Source: Thermoplasmatota archaeon
GTDB taxonomy: Archaea; Thermoplasmatota; E2; DHVEG-1
Assembly: GCA_034660435.1 (NCBI GenBank)
Contig: JAYEJG010000076.1
Location: forward strand, 1-55,826
Direction of reading: 5' to 3'
DNA length: 55,826 nt
Shown: one piece after another, positions 46,944 to 55,518 of the stretch
Layout: each line of letters opens with the position of its first letter
Position numbering within the stretch: the stretch's first letter is position 1
Position numbers and translations under genes: made by a program
Notes under the pieces: model-generated
Seen by the model: the letters and a program-made list of their open reading frames with translations, nothing else
What the model was told of the DNA's origin: nothing
Databases searched by the model: none

Positions 46944-47966
46944 ATGGGAGTAGACATAGGATCACTGTTTAGAAAAGAAACGATTTCAATCAACGATCTT
47001 CATGATAGAGTAATTGCCATTGACGCTCACAATGTTTTGTATCAGTTCCTTGCAAGTATACGACAAAGAGATGGAACGCCATTAAAAGATCAAAATGGAG
47101 AAATTACATCTCATCTATCTGGTCTTTTTCATCGTACTGCCAACTTGGTAGATGTATGTATACGCCCTGTTTATTCTTTTGATGGAAAACCACATCCGCT
47201 AAAGGCAAAGACAATTCAACAACGTAGGGAAAGAAAAGAGAAAGCTGAAAAGGAATGGGAAGAAGCGCTGGACGCGGGAGATATTGCAAAAGCACGGTCA
47301 AAAGCACAGCAAACAAGCAGGCTCACAGATGAAATGGTAAAGCAAAGCAAAGAACTACTTGATGCACTTGGAATCCCATATGTCCAAGCACCGAGTGAGG
47401 GAGAAGCACAGGCCAGCTACATGGTTAAAAAAGGGGAGGCATATGCTGCCGGTTCACAGGATTTTGACTGTCTGCTAATTGGATCGCCCGTGCTTATTAG
47501 AAATCTAACATCATCCCAGAGACGGAAAAAACCCGGTAAAGAGTCTTATACGAAAGTATATCCAAAACAAATCCGGCTAGAGCAGAACCTTAAAATTCTA
47601 GGTATAACACATAAACAACTGGTAGATATGGCAATACTAATAGGAACGGACTTCAACGATGGAATTAAAGGAATTGGCCCTAAGAAAAGTTTGAAACTTA
47701 TTAAAAAAACAGGCAACATCAAAAATGCAATAGCAACATTTGGTGGTGAAAACGCACCAACATTTGAAGAAATTGCAGAAATACGAAAAATCTTTTTGAG
47801 GCCAAATGTAACAGATGATTACACTCTGGAATGGTCAGAACCAAATAATGAAAAAGTATTCAAAATTTTATGCGATGCCCATCATTTTTCTCAAGAGCGA
47901 ATTGAATCAACGTTGAAAAAATACTCAAATATACAAAATATGATGAAGCAAAAAACGTTATTTTAG
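46944..47966 (+). CDS. fen: flap endonuclease 1
   Basis: 340 aa. MGVDIG..., DAHN..YQFL, and the acidic active-site segments SEGEAQA and GSQDFD. The PCNA-interacting motif lies at the C-terminus (QKTLF). Confidence 0.9.
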   Translation: MGVDIGSLFRKETISINDLHDRVIAIDAHNVLYQFLASIRQRDGTPLKDQNGEITSHLSGLFHRTANLVDVCIRPVYSFDGKPHPLKAKTIQQRRERKEKAEKEWEEALDAGDIAKARSKAQQTSRLTDEMVKQSKELLDALGIPYVQAPSEGEAQASYMVKKGEAYAAGSQDFDCLLIGSPVLIRNLTSSQRRKKPGKESYTKVYPKQIRLEQNLKILGITHKQLVDMAILIGTDFNDGIKGIGPKKSLKLIKKTGNIKNAIATFGGENAPTFEEIAEIRKIFLRPNVTDDYTLEWSEPNNEKVFKILCDAHHFSQERIESTLKKYSNIQNMMKQKTLF

Positions 47967-48668
47967 TAAAAAGTCTAAATTATCGCCTGGTTTGCATTCG
48001 ATTACTTCGTTTTTCTTGAAAATCCTTGCGCCAGTACTTCCTTTCAATACAATTTTATCTCCAACAACATGTAACATTGCACCTTCTCTTAACCCAACAA
48101 CATATCCATCGTTGTAAAAATAAAACTCTTTTATTCTTGTTTCGCGTGTTTCTCCCATGTGTTTTGAACTGGAATCTGGGTCGATGTAATGTGGATTAAT
48201 ATTAAAAGGGACAAGCCCAAGCGCTTCAAAACTTGGTGGATATATAATTGGCATGTCGTTAGTAGTTTTGATGCTTTTACATGCAACATTTGAACCAGCA
48301 CTTGTACCGATGTAAGGCATGCCCTCACTTACTTTTTTTCTAATAACTTTGATAACGTCTGATTTATAAAGCCCATTTAATAAAACAAATGTATTCCCGC
48401 CACCAATGAATACCGCATCAGCGTTTTTTACTGCCTTTTTAGGATTGTCATATTCATGAACTCCTGTTAACTCAAAGCCCATTTTTTCAAAACGTTCACG
48501 AGCAATTTTTGTATATTCATTGTGAGTCATACCACTTGGTCTGGCGTATGGGACAAAAAGAACACGTTCTATTTTCCCTAGAAATTTTTGTATTTCATCT
48601 GCACAATGGTCGAGATATCTACTGCCGTGAAGAGTTGAATTACTAATTAACAACAATTTTCTGGTCAT
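47958..48668 (-). CDS. pepE: dipeptidase E (peptidase S51)
   Basis: The ATG at 48668 gives MTRKLLLISNSTLHGS (the track start at 48686 is TTG), preceded by AGGAAGGT. GTSAGSN supplies the nucleophile Ser. Its end overlaps the convergent fen by 9 nt. Confidence 0.85.
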   Translation of the reverse strand: MTRKLLLISNSTLHGSRYLDHCADEIQKFLGKIERVLFVPYARPSGMTHNEYTKIARERFEKMGFELTGVHEYDNPKKAVKNADAVFIGGGNTFVLLNGLYKSDVIKVIRKKVSEGMPYIGTSAGSNVACKSIKTTNDMPIIYPPSFEALGLVPFNINPHYIDPDSSSKHMGETRETRIKEFYFYNDGYVVGLREGAMLHVVGDKIVLKGSTGARIFKKNEVIECKPGDNLDFLLK

Positions 48669-48696
48669 ATTTACCTTCCTTATCAATCAATTACGA

Positions 48697-48894
48697 CTAT
48701 TTTTTAGTTACTTTGAACTTATCGATCCCTTCAAGAAGGGCTAATTTTTCACCGTTATCCCAATCAATCCATATAAGATCTTGGTCCTCTTCTATTTTGG
48801 AAACTGTACCTTTGGATCCTTTTTCAAGTTTTGTCATAGTATCAGTGATTTCTAGCAGTTCTATTCTATCTCCAATTTTAACTTTCTTTGCCAA
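48697..48894 (-). CDS. DUF4314-like small protein
   Basis: 65 aa. KIGDRIELLEI......GSKGTVSKIEEDQDLIWIDWDNGEKLALLEGIDKF follows the DUF4314 pattern. TTG start with GGAG 8 nt upstream and no in-frame ATG available. Starts 22 nt after the tRNA-Gly 3' end. Confidence 0.55.
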   Translation of the reverse strand: MAKKVKIGDRIELLEITDTMTKLEKGSKGTVSKIEEDQDLIWIDWDNGEKLALLEGIDKFKVTKK

Positions 48895-48916
48895 TTTTAC
48901 AACTCCAATTGTTTAG

Positions 48917-48988
48917 TGCGGATACCGGGACTCGAACCCGAGCACTTAGCTTGGGAAGCTAAGATCATAACCACTAGATCATATCCGC
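48917..48988 (-). tRNA. tRNA-Gly (anticodon CCC)
   Basis: Minus-strand read: GCGGATA-TG-ATCT-AGTGGTTA-TGAT-C-TTAGC-TTCCCAA-GCTAA-...-TCGGG-TTCGAGT-CCCGG-TATCCGC-A. No encoded CCA. Confidence 0.9.
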
Positions 48989-49072
48989 ATTAACATTAGA
49001 AATATGCTAGTTGTTATTGAATATTTTGAAAAAGAAAGAGAGATGGAAAAGGAGTGCTTTCCATTCTTGGCA

Positions 49073-50521
49073 TCATACTCTTCTCAGTATCTCTAACAGG
49101 TACTTGTAGTACTTATCAACAGTACTGATATGTACTTGCTCTTCTGGTGAATGCGGGTATTTTATTGTAGGTCCAATGGAAATCATATCCATCCCACCGA
49201 ATTTCTCACCAATTATTCCGCATTCAAGTCCTGCATGTATTGCTTCTACGACGGGTTCTTCATTGTACATCTCTTTGTAGATTTTCTTCGAAAGTTTCAA
49301 TATCTTTGATTCAAGATTTGGTTTCCAACCCGGATACGGTTCGTCTTCAGTTACCTCTGCACCCGCAAGTGTTGCTATTGCGTTAATTCTATCACGGAAA
49401 TCCTGCAAGGCAGATTTGATTGCACTTCTCGTACTCATGCCTATATCGACAGTCTTATCGTTGAAATGAACCGTTGCAAGGTTAGTAGATGTTTCGACAA
49501 GCCCGCCTATATCATAGCTCATTTTGTCAACGCCGTGTGGTAGGCCATGAATAAGATTCAACATTTTATTTTGTGATTCACCCGTAAGGGTAGTATGGAG
49601 TTTTTCTATGTCTTCAAAAGTTACTTTGAAATTCGGGTCAATTGGTTTTATCTCTCCAAGTATGTCCTCCCCTCCAGACTTGATGGCACTAATCAATTTT
49701 TCCTTATCTAATTCATCAATGGATATTCTTGCATATGCTTCGCGTGGAATTGCATTGTGCTTATCTCCACCATCTAGGTCCGTTATATAGAATTTGTAAT
49801 CATTCTTTGCCTCCCAGAGCATACGTGTAAGAAGTTTTAACGCGTTACCTCTTTGTTCAAGAACGTCACAACCCGAATGACCACCACGAAGACCCGATAC
49901 TTTTACTTTCATACTAGTCATATTGCCGCTTATAGGCTGAGTTTTAAATGGCAGTTTTATTTTTGTGTCCCCACCGCCAGCACATCCAACAGTAAGTATG
50001 CCCCAGTCTTCACTATCTAGGTTAAACAATATTTTTCCTGTTAGCATATCGGTTTCTAGTGCAAAAGCACCAGTCAGTCCAGTTTCTTCATCAAAGGTGA
50101 ACAATGCCTCTATCGGTCCAAGTTTCAATGATTTATCCTCTAGTATTGCAAGAGATGTAGCAATACCTATACCATCATCTGCCCCAAGAGTTGTACCGTC
50201 AGCAGTAAGAATGTCTCCATTTAGTTTGAGTTTAATAGGGTCTTTAGTAAAATCATGTTTTACGTCGCTGTTTTTTTCACAAACCATGTCCATATGTCCT
50301 TGTAAGATAACGGTAGGTTTTTTCTCCATACCTGGACTTGCAGGTTTCATAATCACAACATTGCCTGGTTTATCGACTTTATATTCTAAATTCTGTTTTT
50401 TTGCAAAATCAACAACATATTTTCTTATTTTTTCCTCATGTTTAGAGCATCGAGGAATTTTTCTTATTTCATCAAAATGTTTCCATAACAGTTTCGGTTC
50501 CAAATTTTCAATAACTGACAT
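49073..50521 (-). CDS. pepD: aminoacyl-histidine (Xaa-His) dipeptidase PepD, M20 family
   Basis: 482 aa. N-terminus LWKHFDEIRKIPRCS, LQGHMDMV, GADDGIG and FDEETG metal-ligand motifs. Confidence 0.9.
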   Translation of the reverse strand: MSVIENLEPKLLWKHFDEIRKIPRCSKHEEKIRKYVVDFAKKQNLEYKVDKPGNVVIMKPASPGMEKKPTVILQGHMDMVCEKNSDVKHDFTKDPIKLKLNGDILTADGTTLGADDGIGIATSLAILEDKSLKLGPIEALFTFDEETGLTGAFALETDMLTGKILFNLDSEDWGILTVGCAGGGDTKIKLPFKTQPISGNMTSMKVKVSGLRGGHSGCDVLEQRGNALKLLTRMLWEAKNDYKFYITDLDGGDKHNAIPREAYARISIDELDKEKLISAIKSGGEDILGEIKPIDPNFKVTFEDIEKLHTTLTGESQNKMLNLIHGLPHGVDKMSYDIGGLVETSTNLATVHFNDKTVDIGMSTRSAIKSALQDFRDRINAIATLAGAEVTEDEPYPGWKPNLESKILKLSKKIYKEMYNEEPVVEAIHAGLECGIIGEKFGGMDMISIGPTIKYPHSPEEQVHISTVDKYYKYLLEILRRV

Positions 50522-50594
50522 ATTTATTACGCCCCCTTATGTCGCAAGACACGTATCACGACATCGAATAAAAAATTTGCCAAGCTATTGTTTG

Positions 50595-52160
50595 TTATTT
50601 CCACATGAAAGATCTGTCTATTGCTCTCTTCCATCCTTTGTATAACCGTTGTCTTTCCTCGTCTTTTAAATTAGGTTTGAAGACCTTATCAATTTTTCTT
50701 TTTGAAATCAGTTCATCTGTTGTCTCCCAAAAACCACATCCAAGCCCTGCAAGATATGCTGCACCTAATGCTGTTCCATCAAGCATCTTTGGGCGCTCTA
50801 CGGTAATGTTTAGCATATCGGCCATAAACTGTAATAGGAAATTGTTTTTTGATGCTCCGCCATCAGCTTTCAGTGAGGCAATCTTCAAATTCGTATCGCT
50901 TTCCATTATATTCAGCACGTCCTTACAACGGTATACAATGCCTTCAAGGGCAGATCTTACAATATGTTCCTTGCCTGTTTGTCTGTTAAGGCCAACTACA
51001 ATTCCGCATGCATGAGGATCCCAATAAGGTGAAGAAAGCCCCGTAAAGGCTGGGACAAAATAAACGCCACTGGTATCTTTAACCGATTTCGCTAGTTTTT
51101 CGGTGTCCTCTACTTTTTCGATTATATCCAAGCTATCTTTTAACCATTGAATGGCGGAACCTGTAGTGTTAATCATTCCCTCAAGCATATACGATGTTTG
51201 TCCGTTGATTCTCCATGCGATCAAAGGTAGAAGTTTATGCAAGGATGCCGGCGCCTTATGTCCAACATTCATGTCGATAAAACTACCTGTGCCATTAGCA
51301 CATTTTACATCTCCAGATTTGAAACATCCAGATGCGAACAATGAAGACTGCTGGTCGGCAACAGCGCTGTAGATAGGTATTTCTTTACCAATTATCTTTT
51401 TATCCACGCATCCAAAATTGCTGTTAGTATCCAATATTTCTGGAAGGATATCTGCCTGCACTCCAAAAAGGTCAAGAAATAGTTCACTCCACTTTAACTC
51501 AAATGAGTCAAACATGCCTGTTGAGCTTGCATTTGAAAAATCTGTGGCGTGTTTTTTACCATTTGTCAACTTCCAAATGAGCCAGGTGTCCATTGTTCCA
51601 CAAAGTAGATTCTCTTTCTTTTGAACCTCTTTTGCTTTGTCAACATTATCAAGTATCCATCGCGTATGCGCAAGTGATGATACAGTTGGGAACGAAAATT
51701 CTGAAATTGTTATTAGTCGTGCACCAGGCGTGGTTTTTCTGATTCCTGGAACCAACTTAGAAAGGGCTTTGGCTGTTTTTCCAATGCCACGGATGGCTCG
51801 CATTTTACCTGCATTATCCATGGATTTGCACAAATCAGCAGTTCGCGTGTCATGCCAGGTAATTGCATTGTATACTGACTTTCCGTTTGTTTTGTCCCAA
51901 AGAAGGTTTGTCGATCGCTGAGATGAAATGCCAATTGCTTCGATTTTATCGGCAGTAATTTTACCTTTTTTTAACGAATCCTTCATTACTTCCTTGCATT
52001 TTTTCCATATTTCGTCTCCACTCTGTTCGCACCAACCTAAGTGTGGAAAAATTTGAGTAAGTTCTTTATATGACTGTGAAACAACATTTGTGTCATGATC
52101 AAAAATAATCGCTCTAATCCCTGTTGTGCCTTCATCTATAGCCATTATATATTTCTTCAT
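50595..52160 (-). CDS. glpK: glycerol kinase
   Basis: 521 aa, FGGY family. AIDEGTTGIRAIIFD, GWCEQ and ADGGASKN motifs. The start overlaps the upstream stop (ATGA). Confidence 0.95.
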   Translation of the reverse strand: MKKYIMAIDEGTTGIRAIIFDHDTNVVSQSYKELTQIFPHLGWCEQSGDEIWKKCKEVMKDSLKKGKITADKIEAIGISSQRSTNLLWDKTNGKSVYNAITWHDTRTADLCKSMDNAGKMRAIRGIGKTAKALSKLVPGIRKTTPGARLITISEFSFPTVSSLAHTRWILDNVDKAKEVQKKENLLCGTMDTWLIWKLTNGKKHATDFSNASSTGMFDSFELKWSELFLDLFGVQADILPEILDTNSNFGCVDKKIIGKEIPIYSAVADQQSSLFASGCFKSGDVKCANGTGSFIDMNVGHKAPASLHKLLPLIAWRINGQTSYMLEGMINTTGSAIQWLKDSLDIIEKVEDTEKLAKSVKDTSGVYFVPAFTGLSSPYWDPHACGIVVGLNRQTGKEHIVRSALEGIVYRCKDVLNIMESDTNLKIASLKADGGASKNNFLLQFMADMLNITVERPKMLDGTALGAAYLAGLGCGFWETTDELISKRKIDKVFKPNLKDEERQRLYKGWKRAIDRSFMWK

Positions 52161-52522
52161 TTTTCCTCCCTTTCCATATCACATGATGCAATAATGTCAA
52201 CTCCCGTCCCAAGGATGTTTTTACAAACGACATCTCCGCATTTAACAGGAGCTTTAACCATTATTTTTGCCAACTCATTTACTGATGTTTTTACCAATTT
52301 TTTCGGTATTTCTTTTTTGCTTCTCACTGGAAGCATTTTTTGTTTGCCCGATTCAACAAAGACAGTTGTAGTAACAACGCGCCGGGGGTTTGTGATTTCT
52401 TGTATTGCATATTCCTCTCCACGTTTACATTGTTGTCCATGAAGCTTGATTTCTTTGCCCTTTTTTTCCACAGAAATCTGGCAGCCAAGTGGACAACATA
52501 TGCAGGTTATACTATCAGCCAT
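52157..52522 (-). CDS. DUF1667 Cys-rich protein (MOX-like subunit of archaeal glycerol-3-phosphate dehydrogenase clusters)
   Basis: The ATG at 52522 gives MADSITCICCPLGC..., preceded by GAGGGTGAA. Further Cys pairs follow (QQCKRG, CGDVVC). Confidence 0.7.
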   Translation of the reverse strand: MADSITCICCPLGCQISVEKKGKEIKLHGQQCKRGEEYAIQEITNPRRVVTTTVFVESGKQKMLPVRSKKEIPKKLVKTSVNELAKIMVKAPVKCGDVVCKNILGTGVDIIASCDMEREEK

Positions 52523-52523
52523 T

Positions 52524-53768
52524 TCACCCTCTCGCATTTACTTCCAAATCTTCTTTTACAGTTTTAAGAATGTCTTTCGATATAGTAACTTTCACCATCT
52601 CAGGTGGTTTTACAATCCTCTCCTTTTTTTCAAAAAGTAGTTTTCCCCCATCTGAAACAACAATTCTTACCTTTTCTTTTTGATTTTCTACTCTGAAATA
52701 CAGGGTGACATCGTCAGATGTTTCCCTTCTTAAAATCTGAGGGACAACATATCTTACATTTTCTCCTGCAGTCACCTGTATTTTTTCGTTCTTCTTGTAC
52801 CCTAACTTTACATAACGCGCAGCGTATTTTCCTGCATTTTCAGCGGAGACAGTAGCATCATCAACGAGATCGTGGACATGAACAACATTTCCACAGGCAA
52901 ATATGCCATGAACGGATGTTTGCATTTGTTCATCTACTATGGGGCCATTTGTTCTACTGTCCATCTTCGCTTCAATTTGTTTTGTCAATTCATTTTCTGG
53001 AATTAAACCTACCGAAAGAATAAGACAATCACAAGGAACGAAACGTTCTGTTTCCTTTATTGGTTTCATAGACTCATCAATTTTTGCGACAGTTACACCC
53101 TCAACTCGTTTTCCTCCATGAATATTTGTAACAGTATGGGATAAATGGAGGGGTATGTCGTAATCTTCTAGACATTGTACGATGTTACGCGTTAATCCTC
53201 CTGGTTGCGACATAATTTCATAGACGCCTTCAACGATTGCACCTTCCAGCGTGAATCTTCTTGCCATAATAAGGCCAACATCACCTGATCCAAGAATTAC
53301 GATTTTCTTACCAGGCGTTATGCCATCAACATTGGTCAATCTTTGTGCAGTCCCTGCTGTAAAAATTCCTGCTGGTCGTGTACCAGGGAGAAGTATCTGC
53401 GATCTTGTTCTTTCACGACAACCCATGGCAAGGACAATTGCTTTTGCTTGAAGTTTAAAAACTCCATCTTTTGTGTTTGTTGCGATAACACTTTTGTCTT
53501 TGGTTATTTCAAGAACCATAGTATCTGTTTTAATCTCAACATCAAGCCTGTTGATTTCGTCTATGTAATACTGTGCATATTCTGGACCAGTGAGCATTTT
53601 TTTAAAAATAAAATTACCAAAACCATTATGAATGCATTGCGGAAGAATGCCTCCAAGTTCTTTTCCCCTCTCTAGAAGGATTACTTTTGTGTTTTTCTGT
53701 GCTGCTTTTACCGCTGCAGCAAGACCTGCTGGACCCCCACCAATAACCACGATATCAGTTTTTATCAT
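52524..53768 (-). CDS. FAD/NAD(P)-binding pyridine-nucleotide-disulfide oxidoreductase family protein (NOX-like subunit)
   Basis: The ATG at 53768 gives MIKTDIVVIGGGPAGLAAA. A second dinucleotide fold is present (IVILGSGDVG), plus FACGNVVHVHDLVD. The start overlaps the upstream gene end by 14 nt. Confidence 0.75.
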   Translation of the reverse strand: MIKTDIVVIGGGPAGLAAAVKAAQKNTKVILLERGKELGGILPQCIHNGFGNFIFKKMLTGPEYAQYYIDEINRLDVEIKTDTMVLEITKDKSVIATNTKDGVFKLQAKAIVLAMGCRERTRSQILLPGTRPAGIFTAGTAQRLTNVDGITPGKKIVILGSGDVGLIMARRFTLEGAIVEGVYEIMSQPGGLTRNIVQCLEDYDIPLHLSHTVTNIHGGKRVEGVTVAKIDESMKPIKETERFVPCDCLILSVGLIPENELTKQIEAKMDSRTNGPIVDEQMQTSVHGIFACGNVVHVHDLVDDATVSAENAGKYAARYVKLGYKKNEKIQVTAGENVRYVVPQILRRETSDDVTLYFRVENQKEKVRIVVSDGGKLLFEKKERIVKPPEMVKVTISKDILKTVKEDLEVNARG

Positions 53769-55518
53769 GTTTTTCCTCCAGCAAACATTTCGCTTTTCCA
53801 ACAAACAGATGTGATTCCTCAGAGTTTTTCATTATTTTTTCAATTGACATTCCAGTCTCACGTGCAAGAATTTGTGCAACTTTTGGAAGGCAGAAGCCTG
53901 CTTGACAACGCCCCATACCAGCACGTGCGCGTCTTTTTATAGCATCTATGTTAAGGGCAGGAAGCGGTGAATGGATGGCATCGATGATTTCTCCTTCAGA
54001 TACTTGTTCACAGCGACAGATAATCCTTCCATATTGTGGGTTTTTTGCAATTAATTTATTGCGCTCTTTGCAAGTCATTTCTCTTACAATTATGGGTTTT
54101 TTCCTGATGGGATTGAAATCCTCTTTTTTGTCTAACTTGAGTCCTTCACATTTTAAAATGTCAACAACCATCTCGGCAATGGCCGGTGAAGCAGCAATGC
54201 CAGGTGATTGAATGCCTGCAACATGAATAAAACCCTTTATTTTCCTTGATGCTTGGATAAAGAAATCTTCTGTAAATGTTGGTGCACGAACCCCTGCAAA
54301 ATATGTGATTATTGATTTCTGTGGAAAGTTGGGCAGCAATGGGTCATAAGAGTCAAAAACACTCTTGATCTCTTCAGGTGTTACTGAGGTGTCTTCTTTA
54401 TCAGGTATTTCAAGTGCAGTCGGTCCCCATTGAGTATTTCCGTGAGTGGTAACCATTATTCCACCGCCTTTTGTATGCTGTTTCATGGGAAACTTAAGAA
54501 TTGACAGGTTGTGAGAAATAAAACCTTCAAGCTCTTTATCAAAAATAAGTGTTGATCCCTTTCTTGGATGAATTGTATATGCTCTGTCGTCTATCATCTC
54601 GGCAATATCATCAGCAAAGGCACCTGCAGCATTAATGACGAATTGCGCCTCTATTGTGCCTTTTGTGGTAACAACAGAGTAGGCTTTTCCATCTTTTTTG
54701 TCGATGTTTACAACTTCAGCATTAAGAAATATGTCAACGCCGTTATCAACCGCGTTTTCAGCAAGGGCAACAGTAAACTCATACGGTGAAGTAACTCCAT
54801 ATGTTGGTGAAGAAATTGCAACCAATGCTTTTTTGGTGACATTTGGTTCTTCACTAAGCAATTCCTTTCGTTTAATGATGTTTATAGAAAGCCCCATTTT
54901 TTTCCCACGGTGCTTTACAACTATTGGAACAATTCTTTTTGCAATAAAATCCCCCAAAAATCCTGGTATTTTCAATCCAGAAAGGGCGCCTTTAGTAAGT
55001 ATGATGAGCATGCCACATTTTTCGTATGGCACATTAAGTTCTTTTGATAATTGCTCAAACGTAAAGTGCCCCTTGACACATAACTTTTGTTTTAGTGTGC
55101 CAGGTTTCTCACCGATTCCTGAATGAACCATAGCATTGTTTGCTTTTGTAGCCCCACATGATACGTCCTCATTTTTTTCAACGAGAACGGTTTTTAATTT
55201 GTATTTTGATAGTTCTCGTGCAATGATACATCCGGTAATTCCCCCGCCAATTATCGCCACATCGACTTTACTGATGATTTTTACTTTCCCTTTCTTTTTC
55301 TCCTCTTTTTTTCGTTTATCTGGATAACGAATATTATTTACAACTCCACAAACATTTTTTCCTTTTCCTGCAATAAGACCAATGTCAACATAATCATTAT
55401 ACGAAACAACATTTCCGTTCAAAAATACAACATTATCTTTAACTGCAACAGAAATGTTTTCAAATTTGTTTTTTCTAATTTTTTTTTCAACAGATTTTTT
55501 TATCTTTACATCCGTCAT
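53755..55518 (-). CDS. glpA: FAD-dependent glycerol-3-phosphate dehydrogenase (GlpA-like, BFD-type 2Fe-2S domain) with an N-terminal BON domain
   Basis: The ATG at 55518 gives MTDVKIKK... (the track start at 55545 is TTG). The first ~65 aa are BON-like and are followed by a K/E-rich linker. Then come VAIIGGGITGC (FAD) and a C-terminal ICRCEQVSEGEI...GMGRCQAGFC (BFD-like [2Fe-2S]). Confidence 0.8.
   Translation of the reverse strand: MTDVKIKKSVEKKIRKNKFENISVAVKDNVVFLNGNVVSYNDYVDIGLIAGKGKNVCGVVNNIRYPDKRKKEEKKKGKVKIISKVDVAIIGGGITGCIIARELSKYKLKTVLVEKNEDVSCGATKANNAMVHSGIGEKPGTLKQKLCVKGHFTFEQLSKELNVPYEKCGMLIILTKGALSGLKIPGFLGDFIAKRIVPIVVKHRGKKMGLSINIIKRKELLSEEPNVTKKALVAISSPTYGVTSPYEFTVALAENAVDNGVDIFLNAEVVNIDKKDGKAYSVVTTKGTIEAQFVINAAGAFADDIAEMIDDRAYTIHPRKGSTLIFDKELEGFISHNLSILKFPMKQHTKGGGIMVTTHGNTQWGPTALEIPDKEDTSVTPEEIKSVFDSYDPLLPNFPQKSIITYFAGVRAPTFTEDFFIQASRKIKGFIHVAGIQSPGIAASPAIAEMVVDILKCEGLKLDKKEDFNPIRKKPIIVREMTCKERNKLIAKNPQYGRIICRCEQVSEGEIIDAIHSPLPALNIDAIKRRARAGMGRCQAGFCLPKVAQILARETGMSIEKIMKNSEESHLFVGKAKCLLEEKHDKN

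Noticed and set aside
48917-49072. tRNA-Gly as the attachment site of an integrated element, given the neighbouring DUF4314 gene and dipeptidases.
   Set aside because: No integrase was found. I could find no duplicated copy of the tRNA 3' half. The flanking genes (pepE, pepD, fen) are ordinary chromosomal genes.
49965-50645. A 226-aa ORF on the plus strand, and many other 60-170-aa track ORFs antisense to strong genes (for example 10560..11075, 12396..12833, 54698..55126, 36469..36807).
   Set aside because: They lie entirely antisense to genes with clear family motifs. Their translations are Ser/Pro/Phe-rich and low in complexity, and they have no start context. This is the usual shadow-frame effect in AT-rich coding DNA.
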